A stretch of 63,172 bases of DNA, the filler included. It is 5 parts of 5 records of this genome, joined end to end, with 100 filler letters (N's around TTAATTAATTAA, not from the genome) between each part and the next. Parts side by side here need not be neighbours in the genome. Positions count along the whole stretch, not along the records: positions 11,839 to 24,345 come from DRR723986_14439; positions 24,446 to 39,160 come from DRR723986_14444; 3 more parts are not named here. The stretch is one strand, 5' to 3'. Position 1 is the stretch's first letter. Each line of letters opens with the position of its first letter. Shown here in pieces: positions 22,762-32,025 of this stretch. Both the position numbers and the translations under genes were made by a program. The notes below the pieces were generated by a model. It was not told where the DNA came from and made no database searches. It saw only the letters and a list, made by a program, of their open reading frames with translations.

Positions 22762-24345
22762 TTAGCGTCTAATGATCAAGGTCTTAACAAACTCCGCCTT
22801 CTCTCCTGACAGCACCTCAATCAGATATGCACCATTTGGTAGCGGCTGGCCGCTTGCATCACGCAGGTCCAGGCCGACGCTTTGGCGACCGAAACGACGC
22901 TCACCCAGTTCAAACTGCACAAATTGATTGCCGAGTAAGTCGCTAATGCGTAGTTCGAGCTCAGCAGTACGCTCAAGAACAAAACCAACTTCCACTCTAT
23001 CTGTCGCCGGATTGGGCTTTAACAACATCTCGGCTCTGTCGCCTTCTATGTCTGGCGATACACCCGCCTTGGGTGCAAGCAGATTGACGTAAACCGTCGC
23101 CGTTGAAGAACCACCCGCACCGTCGCTAATTGTATAACTAAACGAGTCACTACCTATGGTTGCGCCAGTGCTGTACTCAATTGAGGTACCGCCACTGCCA
23201 ATTGTGACCGAGCCCAATGCAGGTGGACCTACGCTGGAGATTGTTAATATTTGGAATTCAGCATCTGTGTCATTTAACAATGGAGTAATACTGATTTGTG
23301 ACTGACTGCTTAACAGGCCAACATTGTCGTCTTTAGCCTCCGGAGCGCGGTTGAGCAGCAGAGCCGCCAGCGAATTCTCCTTGGAGCCGGCAGCATAAAC
23401 ATGTTGACTGTTAGGTGAGACATGCACCTTCTTCACGCCGGCCAGACCGTCAAAACCGCCAACATTGTCAAAGGCGGCGGCCACAAATTCCAGCTCTCCA
23501 TTTTCTGGGTTGCGCTCAAACTGAACAAGCGCATTGTCACCAGTTCCGGCAACCCATAGATGTGCTCCGTTGGGACTAAGCGTTAAGTCTTGTGGATCAC
23601 GCATTCCGCTTATTCCGCCAGTTCCGGTTCGCCGTTGTTGAACAAACGTTAACGCTCCACTGACAAGGTTGCGTGAAAATACTGCAACGGCATCGTCGCC
23701 GGTACCACAGGCATACACGTGTTTGCCGTCGGGACTGACCGCAACCGAGTTAACAATCGCGAGGCCGTCAATGCCGCCACTGTTATCGCTCTTGAACTCA
23801 ACAAATTGCAGTTCACTGTCAGCCGCGTCGTGCGCAAAAACGGCTATCGCATCATCGCCCGAACCGGCGACATACAGGTGACGGCTGTCGAGGCTAAATG
23901 CCAAACCGAGAGGACGGTTGATTCCGTTGACGCCGTTAACTCCATCTTTATGTGATTCAACAAAACGAACTCCGCCTGTAGCTGGATCAAAACGGAAGAC
24001 GGCAAGCGAATTATCTGAATACCCGCTGACAATCACCGACTTGCCATCCGCACTGACGACGACGCTACGCGGGCTTTTCATCCCACTGATTGTTGCAGAA
24101 CCATCAGAATCACCGCGACGTTTGCGTTGCAGAAATGTCAGGCTTCCGGTTTGCGGGTTGCGCTTAAACACAACCAGTGCATCCTGCCCTGTTCCGGCGG
24201 CGTACAGCCGCGTGCCATCCGGGCTAATCGCCAGGTCGTTAACATATTTTAGCCCAGTTACTCCGGCGCTGCCATGCCGCACACGTGTGTCATACACCAC
24301 TTCGCCGCTTTGAGAATCGCGCTCAAAAATTGCAATCGAATGATC
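22762..24345 (-). CDS. Secreted lactonase-like beta-propeller repeat protein + cadherin/Ig-like domain + T9SS C-terminal domain (5'-truncated by contig end)
   Basis: Repeats of 'SPDGxxLYxAGxGDDAxAVFxRN...GxLxF'; NRAPEAKDD...LLNDTD...DSFSYTISDG; C-terminal KPNPA...ISDLLG...NGAYLI. The frame stays open to the gap at 24345. Confidence 0.85.
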   Translation of the reverse strand, partial: DHSIAIFERDSQSGEVVYDTRVRHGSAGVTGLKYVNDLAISPDGTRLYAAGTGQDALVVFKRNPQTGSLTFLQRKRRGDSDGSATISGMKSPRSVVVSADGKSVIVSGYSDNSLAVFRFDPATGGVRFVESHKDGVNGVNGINRPLGLAFSLDSRHLYVAGSGDDAIAVFAHDAADSELQFVEFKSDNSGGIDGLAIVNSVAVSPDGKHVYACGTGDDAVAVFSRNLVSGALTFVQQRRTGTGGISGMRDPQDLTLSPNGAHLWVAGTGDNALVQFERNPENGELEFVAAAFDNVGGFDGLAGVKKVHVSPNSQHVYAAGSKENSLAALLLNRAPEAKDDNVGLLSSQSQISITPLLNDTDAEFQILTISSVGPPALGSVTIGSGGTSIEYSTGATIGSDSFSYTISDGAGGSSTATVYVNLLAPKAGVSPDIEGDRAEMLLKPNPATDRVEVGFVLERTAELELRISDLLGNQFVQFELGERRFGRQSVGLDLRDASGQPLPNGAYLIEVLSGEKAEFVKTLIIRR

Positions 24346-24445
24346 NNNNNNNNNNNNNNNNNNNNNNNNNNNNNNNNNNNNNNNNNNNNTTAATTAATTA
24401 ANNNNNNNNNNNNNNNNNNNNNNNNNNNNNNNNNNNNNNNNNNNN
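24346..24445. other. Artificial contig spacer
   Basis: 44 N + TTAATTAATTAA + 44 N. Confidence 0.98.
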
Positions 24446-24484
24446 CCTGGAAGACCGGCTTGTCCTGAGCCGGGCATTGGCCGC

Positions 24485-27400
24485 CTAACCCAGATCTGTC
24501 AGCGATACGCTCATCGGCCCTACCTCGTAAACACGAAGGCCGTCGCGCCACAGGCTGCCCCGTGCGGTGATGAGAATATCCTCCCCGCGATCCTCGATGC
24601 TCAGGATCTCCATCACGCTGGTTACGGTCTTCCGCTCGGGCGTCACCTGTCCGCGATAGCTCCACTTCATCTGTGCATTCGGGGCAAGCGTGGTCAGGTG
24701 CGGTTGTGCCATGCCCTTGTGGAGGTCCTTCTTCCAGACAAGCTGTGTCAGCGCTTGGATCAATGCATCCAGCCCGAGGGACCCAGGCTGAACAGGGTCC
24801 TGATAGAAGTGCGCCTTGAAGTACCATGCATACGGGTCGACGTGCTGTTGCGCCCGGATCAGCCCGAGTCCGGCCTCTCCGCCATCCGGATCGTAGAAGT
24901 CGATCTCGTCGATCATTTGCATTCTGCCAGAGGCGCGCGGTTCCTGCATGGATATCTGCATCGATGCCGAGCGCAGGTCGAACGCCTCGGTAAAGTGAGG
25001 TTTCGCTGGAAGGCCTGCTTGCCGGACGAGAGAAGAGGGCGGGAAGAATCCGAATTGTGTTTTCAGATCCAGCACCTGTCTTCCATCACCTGTGACGACC
25101 TCGACATCGAAGGAGACGAGCGTCATAGGCCCGACTTTGGCAATATTCGTCAGAGTGCTGCGTATTTTCAACATACCGTCATTCCGGCCAACTTCCATGT
25201 GCAGGAAGCCATCACCTTCAAGGTTCCGGAAGCGAAGCGTACCCACAAGTGCGAAGCCTGAATGGCTGGCCAGCCAGCCACAGGGCTGAAGCGCGATTTC
25301 GCAGAGAACGGCAAACGGCATGGTACCATTCACATTGTCGTCGAAGTACCAGGCGTCCGCAGGAATGTCGTACTCCGCCGTCATGGTCGCGCCGAGCGTC
25401 TCCTCGGCTGGACGCGTCGTTACTGACGTCACGCGGGATATGAAATGATACGGCGGTTGAGGAAGGCGCGGAACATTCCCATGATCGTCATAACGCCGGT
25501 ACATGTCTCCGAAAGCGGCAGAAGGCGCGCCATTGGCGCAATCCAGCAGCGCGGCGTGATCCCCTCGGCTTTCGTGCTCTGGTCCGATCCGCAAAGGCTT
25601 GGCATCTATTCTCGGCGCTGGCCAGTTGCGGCGAAGCCGGATTCCAAAGCGCGGACAGTGGAACACCTTGTGGCCGTCGCACCGGGCGAGCAGGGCGGCG
25701 TATATTTCCGGCGTCTCCCCATCGATGATTTCGTCGATGAAGACTTCATAGGTAACCTGATGATCCTTATCCGGGATCACTTGACCGCGGCACACAAATT
25801 TCGCTGTGTGTTCGGGAATGGGTTCGAAGACGTATCCGTCCCGCTCGACAGTCAGGCCCACGGCAGCGGCATAGAATTCCAGCGCCTGCACGGCGGCTTC
25901 CGCCATGAGTGTGCCGGGCATGCAGGGGTCGTTGTGAAAGTGTCCGTCATAGAACCATGTGGACGTTGGCGTTGCCGCGCGTGCCCGAAGGTAGCCGCGT
26001 TTCCAGGGCCCACCTTGCGGTTCGAATGCAATGACATCCTCGAACAGCGAGAGCTTTCCGCCGGGAATATGTGGTGGATTGGAATGGGCGGCACAGAGCT
26101 CAAAACCCTCGCCGAAACAAGCAAAGGCATCACCGTTCCGGAACGCGCTTATATCGTCTTCAGAAAACTTCCGCTTGTCGCTGACACGCTGTGGTTCGAA
26201 GCTGGTAGGGTCAGAAGTCGGGGGGGTATTTTTTGCGGCGTCCCAGATGACGCCTTTGCTGTTGGCGAGTTCCTCATCTGTGAAGAAGCCGGCTTGCCCG
26301 TTGCGGACAGAGAACGCCAAACGGTCATTTGTTCTGCAATCATACTGGAAGAAGAACATCCGCACGCCGCCCAATTCTGCGTGCCCGGTAATTTCGATCT
26401 GGAAGCCCAGCGTATCGTCGACCGATGGGAGCCCCCCCTCGTGGAAGGTGATCTCGCACCCCAGCAATCGATAGACCCGTTCGTTTTTGTTGCGCAAGTC
26501 CGCACCCATCCAGCCGATCAGCGTCAGATCCGCCTGACCGCATTCGATCAGCGGACCCGGGCGGATGCGGCCGTCATGGATGAAGCCCGTATGATTTGAG
26601 AGATCTGTTTCGGTCCAGATCACACCGCCGGCCTCTTCGGTTGGGGCGGCATCGATGCCGATGACCCGGTCCACCAGAAGAAGTGGCGGTGCCGGAAGGC
26701 GTACCTGCCGGTCAAAGCGGTCCTGGGCTGCGAAGGCCGGTCCGAAGAATTCCGACATCTTCCCGCGTGAGGAAGCCTTGACCTCTCTTCGGTCGCGGGT
26801 CGGCCCAGACGGCGAACGGCGGTTTAGCTCGGTCGTCCCGCTTACTACCTTTTGCGGAGGCTCAGCACATTTTCCGGGAACGGGCTCCGGAGGCCGGCTC
26901 GGCATCGTCACCTGTTGGCACGATATAGTCATGGCATAGTCCGGTATGCGCAGCTTGGGCGCAGGCGGCAGTCCGCCCTGGACCGGGCGTGGTCGGTTTT
27001 TGACAATCTTGGGCATGAGATAAGGCACCGGTCTTGTGGCGTTCCATTGGGCGGCTGGGGCGGCCTCATTTTTCTGGGCGGCGGCGAGCGTTTCGAGCAG
27101 GGGCTTCAGGTCGATGTCCCGTCCATCGGCATAAAGAAATGCCGCTGCGTGCGTGATCTGGCCAAGGTCCGAGGATTCGATCCTGTCGGTGGCGATGGCC
27201 TTGAAAGGCTTATCTTTCAATGTGTTGTAGAGGCTGGCCGTCAACGTATCGCGTGGGCCCAGTTCAAGGAAGGTCCGCACACCATCCGCCAAGGCCTGAC
27301 GCACCGTCTTAGGAAAATCCACCGTATCGACTGCCTGCCGGGTCAGCATGTCCGCGACAACGTCCGTTTCAGGCTCGTAGGCCCCGTGAATTGCATTGGC

Positions 27401-30400
27401 GTAAAGCCGCACGTCAGACCCCCGATGTACCGGCCGCGTATGCAGGCGCCGCCAGGTATCCGCGAACGGCCGCATGGCCTTGGCATGGACGATCAGGTGC
27501 TGGTTCATCTTCACGCCAGCGCGCCTGCCGAATTCTTCACACAGCGCACGGCAGGCCTCTGCAGGCCCTCCGATCATGCAGTCCTCATCTGTGTATATGA
27601 TCGTGATTTCCACGCCGGGATGACGTGACAGTGCGGCCCTTACGTCAGCAACTGGAGCTTGCAGGCGCCAGTTGGTCCAGTCGGATGGGACGTTTGGTCC
27701 CCATGCCTGTTTCGCCGTTTCGAATTCGCCGCCGATGTGCCGCTCGTACATTGCAGCTTTTGATATCTCGTCCAGAAGTGCGCCGGGATCTTTCCAGTAA
27801 CCAAAGGAAAACAAAGCATTGGACTCTCCGAGCGAAAGTCCGATGGCGGCATCAGGCTTCACCTTGAGGACGTCCAGCCAGAGGATCGCATGTGCTTGGC
27901 TGACCAGCGTGCCGGCGCAAAGCTGCTCGAATTCTGAGAGGCTCGCACGTGCCAGCAGGGCGGCAATCTCTTCTGCCCGGGAGAGCTTTGAAAGTTTCTT
28001 CCGGACCTCGGGGAACGCCATCAGAAGGCGCCTCGCCATTCGGGGGTAGACTGCAGCCGACCCGGTAAACATGAAGGCCAACTCGCCTTCTGGTTTACCT
28101 TCACCATAATAAACACCGTCACCAGTCGGCGCTCGATCTTGCAAGAGTTGCAGCGCAACAGACGCACGCAAGTTTTGGATTGCTTCTTCGCTCACAGCCA
28201 CGAGGGCGATCCGGCATTTACCCCGGCTGCCTTGTCGTCCAGATTTCAGATTTTCCGCCAACTTCTGCCTGCTGGCTGCTGCCGCGAAGAAGATGGACGG
28301 CGTCGGCCTTAGTGGATCAGGCATCACCAATGGTGGCGCCAATTCAAGTGAAATCGATGTGCCAGAGTGCGCTGCCCCAGCCGGGACGTTTATCCGGCTT
28401 TTTTTCCGTGGCGAGGACAAACTCGGAACTGCGCCGTCTGGTGTCAGGTGATGACTGTGGGCATTCAGCAGCAGTTCGATGGCTGCCTGGACCAAAGCTT
28501 CAGCATCCGGTGCGGTTCCGTAAACATCGGAAAACAGATTCCCGACCTGCCTGCTTTTCGAGTTTTTCCATTCTATCGACGCAACCGATCCAAGTATCGG
28601 ATCTCCGGCGGTCTCAGCATCCTCACGACGTTTGAGAACCAGCGCGGCTGCCGCGTCGCCAGGGTTTTTTGTTTGACCCAACTCGCGAAGGGCCGTGGCC
28701 CGCACCGGTTCCGTCGCAAAATCTGCTGCTGCGACAATGGCCATGGACAGGCGCCCTGAAGCCAAGGCATCAATCGCGAGATCCAGCGCAGCAGGACCGC
28801 TCGCGGCACCAGCGGACACCGAGTATCCCATGCCCTGTATGTCGCGCCCGAATGTGATCCGGTTTGCGGTCATGTTCGCCATTGCACCGAGCACCATCGC
28901 AGCATCGAGTTTCGGGGCGATATCGTCTGGTGATTGCGAGGAGGAAGAAGAAATACGCTCCCTGAGAGCCCAGCGCGCAGAATCTGCCGCGCAAGTCATT
29001 CCGGCAAAGACTCCCGTCAAGTGACTTTCAACAGGGGCAACCCTGTCCAGAGCTTCACTCACCGTAGACAGGATCGCCAATTGTTGCGGCTCGGCCTGTG
29101 TCAGGTCTTTGGGAGGTGTTCTGGCATTCGCAGCATTGGCCCCGATTTCTTCCAGTGGCGCCGGAGGGGTGATGGGCCAGTTCATCAACCGTCTCAACAC
29201 CGCATCTGTCGTGCGGTCCGAGCCGGCCATAACGGCCGCGGCACAGACCACAATTTCAGGAGTGCGTGATTGTTTTGAGCTACTGTTGCGACCTCTCCGA
29301 ACGACCGGCTGGTATTGCTCCAGTATCAGGTGCGCATTGTTGCCACCGAATCCGAAGTTACTGATCGCAGCACGCCTTGCGCCATCATCACTTTTCCAGG
29401 GAGCCGGCTTCGTTTGCACGATCAGGTTTGAATGTTCTAGAGATTCCAGCACGTCGCCATCGATCGGTGTCGGGGGCAGGTATTCCCGAGACATCGCGCC
29501 GGTCAGCTTCAGGATGCTTGCAAGACCGGCGACGGTAATGAGGTGCCCGGTGTTCGCCTTGAGAGATCCGACCGGTAATTGCTCCAGAGCGCCATAGACA
29601 GACTTTGCCGATGATACCTCCACGCCATCTCCAACGGGTGTACCGGTCGCGTGGCATTCAAGGTATTGGATCGTAAGCGGATCTATTTCGTTGTGCTTCA
29701 ACGCCTCACGCATCGCATCGGCTTGCCCTTCGGCAGACGGTGCCAGCAGACCTTTCCGGCGGCCGTCATTAGACAGGCCGCTTGCGCGAATTAGTCCGTG
29801 AACTTCTTCCCCCGGTTCAACGTCACTCAGTCGCTTCAGAACGATTGCGGCGGCACCTTCCGAAGGCACAAGGCCGTCGGCGCCTTTCACAAATGGCCGG
29901 GAACGGCCGGTGGGGCTCAGTGCATTTAAGGCGTCGAAACCAATGTGAAGGATCAGATTGTCAGCGGCATTGACTGCCGCAACGAGCGCGCAGTCTATTT
30001 GTCGCGATTGCAGCTTCCGGCACGCAATATCAACAGCATAGAGGGAAGATGCACATGCCGCATCAAGTGAAAGACAAGGCCCGGAGGCGCCTATCGCTTC
30101 GGCAATCAATCGTGATGGAAGTGCAGAATTCAGTGTCAGATGAGCAGGTGGTGTAGGTTCATCGCGCCACACTCTCGAAGCGAACTCGACATGCCCGGCG
30201 GATGGATAAGACAGGTTCGCGACAAACACGCCGATCGCGGAAGGTTTAACTCTGGGATTCGAAGCATCTACCCAGGCTTCAACAGCTGCTTGCAGGGGCC
30301 ATTTGCAGACAGGGTCCAGCGCCCCGGCATTAAAAGATTTCAGACGGAAGCGGTCAGGCGTGAAGAGGGCATCAAATCCATTTACGCGCCCGGACACGAA

Positions 30401-30565
30401 CGACTGGGAATTAGCTGTGACGCTGGCGAGTCCAAGTTCGACAGGATAGACAGGGCCGTAAACGACCCGCTGCTCCATCACAATATCAGTGAGCTCCTCA
30501 GGCGTGTGTGCGCCAGGAAGAACACATCCCTGTCCAACGATAGCGACAGGTTCGAAACGGGTCAT
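24485..30565 (-). CDS. PUFA-synthase PfaBC/Pfa3-like protein: KS - CLF - AT - FabA-type DH'/DH - DH'/DH
   Basis: KS DAACASS/HATGT/GHL; second KS-fold lacks the Cys (SAGAASG); AT GLSLGE; DH motifs WFYDGHFHNDPCMPG and WYFKAHFYQDPVQPG; ATGA overlap with the KR ORF. Confidence 0.92.
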   Translation of the reverse strand: MTRFEPVAIVGQGCVLPGAHTPEELTDIVMEQRVVYGPVYPVELGLASVTANSQSFVSGRVNGFDALFTPDRFRLKSFNAGALDPVCKWPLQAAVEAWVDASNPRVKPSAIGVFVANLSYPSAGHVEFASRVWRDEPTPPAHLTLNSALPSRLIAEAIGASGPCLSLDAACASSLYAVDIACRKLQSRQIDCALVAAVNAADNLILHIGFDALNALSPTGRSRPFVKGADGLVPSEGAAAIVLKRLSDVEPGEEVHGLIRASGLSNDGRRKGLLAPSAEGQADAMREALKHNEIDPLTIQYLECHATGTPVGDGVEVSSAKSVYGALEQLPVGSLKANTGHLITVAGLASILKLTGAMSREYLPPTPIDGDVLESLEHSNLIVQTKPAPWKSDDGARRAAISNFGFGGNNAHLILEQYQPVVRRGRNSSSKQSRTPEIVVCAAAVMAGSDRTTDAVLRRLMNWPITPPAPLEEIGANAANARTPPKDLTQAEPQQLAILSTVSEALDRVAPVESHLTGVFAGMTCAADSARWALRERISSSSSQSPDDIAPKLDAAMVLGAMANMTANRITFGRDIQGMGYSVSAGAASGPAALDLAIDALASGRLSMAIVAAADFATEPVRATALRELGQTKNPGDAAAALVLKRREDAETAGDPILGSVASIEWKNSKSRQVGNLFSDVYGTAPDAEALVQAAIELLLNAHSHHLTPDGAVPSLSSPRKKSRINVPAGAAHSGTSISLELAPPLVMPDPLRPTPSIFFAAAASRQKLAENLKSGRQGSRGKCRIALVAVSEEAIQNLRASVALQLLQDRAPTGDGVYYGEGKPEGELAFMFTGSAAVYPRMARRLLMAFPEVRKKLSKLSRAEEIAALLARASLSEFEQLCAGTLVSQAHAILWLDVLKVKPDAAIGLSLGESNALFSFGYWKDPGALLDEISKAAMYERHIGGEFETAKQAWGPNVPSDWTNWRLQAPVADVRAALSRHPGVEITIIYTDEDCMIGGPAEACRALCEEFGRRAGVKMNQHLIVHAKAMRPFADTWRRLHTRPVHRGSDVRLYANAIHGAYEPETDVVADMLTRQAVDTVDFPKTVRQALADGVRTFLELGPRDTLTASLYNTLKDKPFKAIATDRIESSDLGQITHAAAFLYADGRDIDLKPLLETLAAAQKNEAAPAAQWNATRPVPYLMPKIVKNRPRPVQGGLPPAPKLRIPDYAMTISCQQVTMPSRPPEPVPGKCAEPPQKVVSGTTELNRRSPSGPTRDRREVKASSRGKMSEFFGPAFAAQDRFDRQVRLPAPPLLLVDRVIGIDAAPTEEAGGVIWTETDLSNHTGFIHDGRIRPGPLIECGQADLTLIGWMGADLRNKNERVYRLLGCEITFHEGGLPSVDDTLGFQIEITGHAELGGVRMFFFQYDCRTNDRLAFSVRNGQAGFFTDEELANSKGVIWDAAKNTPPTSDPTSFEPQRVSDKRKFSEDDISAFRNGDAFACFGEGFELCAAHSNPPHIPGGKLSLFEDVIAFEPQGGPWKRGYLRARAATPTSTWFYDGHFHNDPCMPGTLMAEAAVQALEFYAAAVGLTVERDGYVFEPIPEHTAKFVCRGQVIPDKDHQVTYEVFIDEIIDGETPEIYAALLARCDGHKVFHCPRFGIRLRRNWPAPRIDAKPLRIGPEHESRGDHAALLDCANGAPSAAFGDMYRRYDDHGNVPRLPQPPYHFISRVTSVTTRPAEETLGATMTAEYDIPADAWYFDDNVNGTMPFAVLCEIALQPCGWLASHSGFALVGTLRFRNLEGDGFLHMEVGRNDGMLKIRSTLTNIAKVGPMTLVSFDVEVVTGDGRQVLDLKTQFGFFPPSSLVRQAGLPAKPHFTEAFDLRSASMQISMQEPRASGRMQMIDEIDFYDPDGGEAGLGLIRAQQHVDPYAWYFKAHFYQDPVQPGSLGLDALIQALTQLVWKKDLHKGMAQPHLTTLAPNAQMKWSYRGQVTPERKTVTSVMEILSIEDRGEDILITARGSLWRDGLRVYEVGPMSVSLTDLG

Positions 30566-31938
30566 GTGCTACCCCATTCGTCACCAACGACGAACCGAAC
30601 CTGATCGTGAGAAGAATTCAGAAGTTGATCTGCGAATATACGAGCGCCTTCTTGCTTAGAGATCAGGCCTATGCCCCGCTCGGCGAACATTCGCGCTAGG
30701 GATTCATCGACCATTCCACCTTGCCAGGGGCCCCAGCAAAAGGCTTTCACTTGTGTATCGGGCATTTTCCCGGCGAGGTGAACGGCCACATTGTTCAGCC
30801 ACTCATTGGCTGCGGCATAGTTGGATTGCCCTTCGTTTCCAAATACGGCGGATGCTGAAGAAAAAAGACCAATATAACGAAGGGTGGAAGGCTCAATAAA
30901 AGACACGATCGTTTCAAGTCCGGTGACTTTGGGCGAAAAAACCTTCTCAAAATTATCGAGACCAAGCGCTTCGGCGAAACCATCTGAAAGGACACCTGCG
31001 CCATGAACCAGTCCGGTGACCGAGCCTTCCTCATTTACGAGTCTGGAAAGAGTGGGACGAAGGCTTGCCTGATCCCCAATGTCCGCCTGCACGTAACGGG
31101 CTTTGGCTCCGTTAGACTCGATGGCTTTGAGGGTAGAGACGATTTCCGCCCCGGCCAGAAGCTTGCGGGCGAAGCGGTCAATCTCCGCCGGCTTCTTGGG
31201 GGCGTCGGCACGACCAGAGTTCTTTGCCAGGGCACCTCGCAACGCTTTGAGATCGGCTTCTCGCTCAAGCCAGGTAGGCCAGGCAACGAGATCGGACCGA
31301 CCGAGTAGAATGAAACTGCCCCCCGTTCTCTTTGCGAGCTCAATCGCGCAATCGGCAGTCACACCCCGTCCACCACCGGTTATCAACCAGACTGGTGATC
31401 CAGGAACAACTGATGCGGCGGATGGCGGCAGAACAACTTCGCCGGGAACATCTTGATAAATTCCGTCGTTACTCAGCGTATAGTCACCTTCAGACAGGAT
31501 CAGAGACATCGCAACACGAAATGCTTCATTCTGGATATCTCCGGAAGTTCTGAGAGACGAGGCACTTGCACGTATTCCGGGGCGTTCAATCCGAAGCGAA
31601 CGACAAAGGCCCGAAACACCTCCGATCACTGACAGGGAGCCGGCTGACGTGCGGTCCAGCGCAACGACGTGTACCCCTTCGTGCGCCGACAGCATCGCCT
31701 TGAGAACGTCATGGTGTCTTTTTGCCGGTCGTTCCTCGGTCAAGCCCTCCGTAAGAAGACATGTCCTTGCGCTTTGAGGCTTGCTGACGATGCTGGCCTT
31801 TCCACCGCGATTTTCAATCTCATGCTTGATCGCTTCAGCATAGGCGGGAGCGGCATGTGTTATCTCGATCGCGTTGAATTCTCCGAACGATATATCTCGG
31901 TCATATGCAGCTACTCGTACGGTCTCGAGTACCCGCAC
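30562..31938 (-). CDS. PfaA-type ketoreductase (KR) module, probably translated as the -1 frameshift extension of 32010..35948
   Basis: LITGGGRGVTA, VHGAGVLSD, FSSASAVFGNEGQSNYAAANE; GTG start with no clear SD; the frame is open upstream to 32022. Confidence 0.88.
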   Translation of the reverse strand: MRVLETVRVAAYDRDISFGEFNAIEITHAAPAYAEAIKHEIENRGGKASIVSKPQSARTCLLTEGLTEERPAKRHHDVLKAMLSAHEGVHVVALDRTSAGSLSVIGGVSGLCRSLRIERPGIRASASSLRTSGDIQNEAFRVAMSLILSEGDYTLSNDGIYQDVPGEVVLPPSAASVVPGSPVWLITGGGRGVTADCAIELAKRTGGSFILLGRSDLVAWPTWLEREADLKALRGALAKNSGRADAPKKPAEIDRFARKLLAGAEIVSTLKAIESNGAKARYVQADIGDQASLRPTLSRLVNEEGSVTGLVHGAGVLSDGFAEALGLDNFEKVFSPKVTGLETIVSFIEPSTLRYIGLFSSASAVFGNEGQSNYAAANEWLNNVAVHLAGKMPDTQVKAFCWGPWQGGMVDESLARMFAERGIGLISKQEGARIFADQLLNSSHDQVRFVVGDEWGST

Positions 31939-31977
31939 GGCGTTCAGATATGGAGCATTCCCTGCGTCTGTCGCGCC

Positions 31978-32025
31978 GGGACGGAGCGCCTCAGGAGGCG
32001 TACCGTCCCCTAGGCAAAAAAATCA
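31978..32025 (-). promoter_or_regulatory. Candidate -1 programmed ribosomal frameshift signal
   Basis: T-TTT-TTT (32022-32016) in frame, 6-nt spacer GCCTAG containing the 0-frame stop, then hairpin GGGACGG-TA-CGCCT-CCTG-AGGCG-CT-CCGTCCC (32009-31978); TGA in the -1 frame lies immediately before the heptamer. Confidence 0.72.

Noticed and set aside
24698-27628. Long plus-strand ORFs (e.g. 25445..26599, 26852..27628) antisense to the PKS
   Set aside because: Shadow ORFs expected from GC-rich codon bias; no recognisable motifs.
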